Positions 61,133 through 64,000 of a stretch of 64,000 nt of DNA are shown here, one piece after another. A model generated the notes under the pieces. The model was not told the origin of the DNA. It was given only the letters and a program-made list of their open reading frames with translations, and did not search any database. Made by a program: the position numbers and the translations under genes. This stretch comes from Convolutriloba macropyga (Eukaryota), in contig NC_134469.1 in the NCBI RefSeq assembly GCF_964194025.1, positions 8,308,001 through 8,372,000 on the forward strand, read 5' to 3'. How positions within the stretch are numbered: the first letter of the stretch is position 1; the number at the start of each line of letters is the position of its first letter.

Positions 61133-62031
61133 TAACAGCTTTGCTTGTTGGTTCTTGCGTTGTTCTTTCAGCATTTTTTCAGGGTGCTAAGAATTAATCA
61201 TTTCTCTGATAGAGTTCTCGAATTTTTTTGTGATCAGCAAATTCCTACTTCACTAAGGCTACAGATTAATTAAAAGTCATTATTGTGTTCAAGATAATAC
61301 TTTCAAACATAGCGGATGGAATAGTTACGCGGTCCTATCAAAATTGTATTTATGTAAGCAATCAATAGAGAGTTTTTCAAAAAAAGCAGTTTATTGAACT
61401 GAATTTTGTTTCAGTATGTATGTATAATCAAATAGACTCATCAATTAAAGGAAACCATAACTCAAATGATCTCAAATTACATCAACTTCAGAAGTCTCAT
61501 ATGCTTCCGAAAGCACGCTATGTACTAATAAGCTGAGGGAGGGGGGGGGGTTATAAAGAGAGCCCCAAAATTTTCCAAACTAGCAGCACGAACCTAGTGT
61601 TCTGTAATCACGTTAATCACATAGTACTTTAGATAGATCATTTCCTAGCATTTCCAATTGAGCTTTTCCCGTCTGCAAATTCTATATGCGTTTAAAAATT
61701 TCCTCTAGTTTTTTTTCTATTTTTTCCCAGACACGCTTTTTAGCTGAATTATTCCTGACATCATATTTTCAAGTAAAATTTATTATGAGACAGTCTTTGA
61801 AAAATACTCATATTTCTTATCGAAATGAAACAAAAGCGTCAAAACGTCGCAATATTCGACCTTACAAAAATTTTGGGCATCGACAATGAAAGCCCTCAGA
61901 AAACATCAAAACTTGGTGGTGTCTTTTCCATAATAGCCCTTGACGAAAATTTTCACCGTGCCTCGTGACAGTTCACAGTTATTGGGGGGGGGGGGATATA
62001 ATGGGAAAGACTCAATCACTGGGGTGCTTAC

Positions 62032-62146
62032 CCTGGGACAAAGTACCAAGTTGCGACTCTGTGTCTCCGTTTTCGGTTAAAGCTAGATGACATGTATAAA
62101 GTGAAGTCACCCACCTCAACAGCTATGTCACTCGTCAATATATTAC
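62032..62146 (-). CDS. serine protease homolog B, upstream exon
   Basis: tttcag|...|gtaagc, 115 bp, phase 1-2; NILTSDIAVEVGDF...HRVATWYFVPG. Confidence 0.8.
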
Positions 62147-62743
62147 CTGAAATAGTATACGATTTCTCTTTAAAAAGATGTGAAAAACTAAAAGAGATGT
62201 TCCTTTTGTTTTGAAAAACGTTTTCTCCAAAACTTTCCCACTCCTGAAACTGTGGATTTTGAACGTCGGAGAATCGTCGTTTTATGTTTTATTTAAAAAC
62301 AAAATCCGAAAAGAGAACAGCCGTTATACTAATAACTAATTGCAAATCATTATTCCATTGTTCGAATACCATGCTGAGCATACCCTTCCAATTCTAGGTA
62401 TTGAAATCAATTATAGCTATGAAATTTTTCGTTTTTGAATTTTTATAAACTAAATCCTTCTCTCTTTTTACAACTGCATGGGGGCTGCACCTAACTGATT
62501 GTAGGATTTCTACGTTTGTATCTACAAGTACGGAGCGTTTAATGCAGCTAATTTGACCGCTTTTAAACTAAATTGAACAAGATGATGCGCTTGGCTTGTT
62601 CAGCAACAAAACGCCAGAAAGGTTGCTTAATTTAAAGACTACTTAAATGCATGACATTCAATTTGGATTGCTGTATCCAACCACAGAATTGAAGTGAGAG
62701 ATGACAAACTAATGTTGTTTATATTTTGAACAAGAACTAACAA

Positions 62744-64000
62744 CCCGGTTGCTCATCATACAAAAATCCCGGTAATCATACAAGGTCACATATGATCCCC
62801 GGTAATCATACAAGGTCATATATGATTTGTATGATATCCTGGTAATCATACAAGTGTCATACAATTTTTTAAAGGACGCTTAAACGACCCCAAATATGAC
62901 GCTTAGTTCGCTTGTAGTAAGATTGATAATCATAACAGTTCATTTTATCCCAGTTATCATATTCAATTTTCCTGGATGTCGTACGACGTCATATATGAAA
63001 GTATGATTTCCTGGTAGTCATAAAAGAATCATAAATTGGAAAGCAACTTTTTCTTGATATCATTCAAAAGCACACGCCAATCACATTCCAATGTTTTTGT
63101 CAGCTAAATTACGCCATAATAAAGAAAGTTCCGTTTTTTCCTTCTTATCATACAATGTCATATATGGATATATGAATACCTTGTAATCATACAAAATCAT
63201 ACAAAAATCAGAATTCTAGTCTGTATGCAAACAAAATGCGAGAAAATCAATGCTCTACAACATAAATTGGATACTTTTTTCAATATCGGACTGCATGCAA
63301 AAAATTATAAGGTCAATAGGTTGTAGCCAGAAGGTACCGCTAACAAGTTCCATAGATAATTGCACTTAATGACCCATTTTTTTAGTTTAAAAGAGAATAA
63401 AATGTGAAATTCCAATATGCAGAAACTTGTATAACAGAGATGAGTCAGAGAACATACTTCCACAAACTGTCATGAGCAGCTATAGCTCAAGTCCAGGGCT
63501 CATTTTTATATCAAAATGAGCTAGACATTTTTTTTGTCCCATTTATCTGATTATGAGAGTTTTTTGCCAAACCAAACGCATTTTCAAAGTATGAAGTGTA
63601 ATGTTTTATGTGACAATTGTTTCCATTATTGTTTTTGGTCTCAAGATGTGAATTTTACAATGAAATATAAAACTTAAATAATTATTGCTTTCAGCAGAAA
63701 TTCGTCTTAATGTCTTCAGGTTTGTATGCATTTATATTTTAAGGTCCGTTTTGAGTGAAGCAAAAACCTGGCTTTACTCACGAGCTTAGATCATAACTTG
63801 TTTAGAAGTTTAATTGATATCTCCCACACTCCCACATTGGTGCTTATCGTTTCCTTAGTGTATTTTCCCTGAATGATCTCCCTGTCATCATACAAGGATC
63901 ATATATGATTTCTTGGTTATCATACAAAAGCATATATGATTTCCTGGTAGTCATACTTGATCATAAATGATTCCCCTGTAATCATATATCGGTCATAAAT
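62744..64000. repeat. ATCATACAAGG/CATATATGA repeat family copy, runs off the window
   Basis: repeated ggtaatcatacaaggtcatatatgat units. Confidence 0.65.

Overview
AT-rich, repeat-dense eukaryotic (invertebrate-like) genomic DNA with two assembly gaps and no prokaryotic features. (1) A ~15.6-kb Ty3/Gypsy LTR retrotransposon on the minus strand (5640-21275, LTRs about 98% identical by eye). It has a small ORF before gag, a structured GC-rich intergenic segment, a -1 slippery site and a lesioned PR-RT-RH. Its integrase frame is intact and ends in a TARG1/OARD1-type macrodomain with the catalytic Lys/Asp retained. A 5.6-kb 3' region carries three conserved hairpin modules spaced ~1.05 kb apart. 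(2) Two paralogous multi-exon trypsin-family pseudo-protease genes on the minus strand (25.6-34.2 kb and 54.7-62.1 kb). Their homologous middle intron is best modelled with non-GT donors (GC in one, GG in the other). In both, the first intron bases pair with a segment ~17-20 nt upstream of the AG acceptor, with a compensatory change between paralogs. (3) An 8.1-kb non-coding Polinton/Maverick-type element (AGTAGT...ACTACT ends, 6-bp TSD AACACG) that is almost entirely a 3.3-3.6-kb inverted repeat. (4) A tRNA-derived SINE, a LINE remnant and many MITE-like palindromes. All analysis is by eye; no searches were run.
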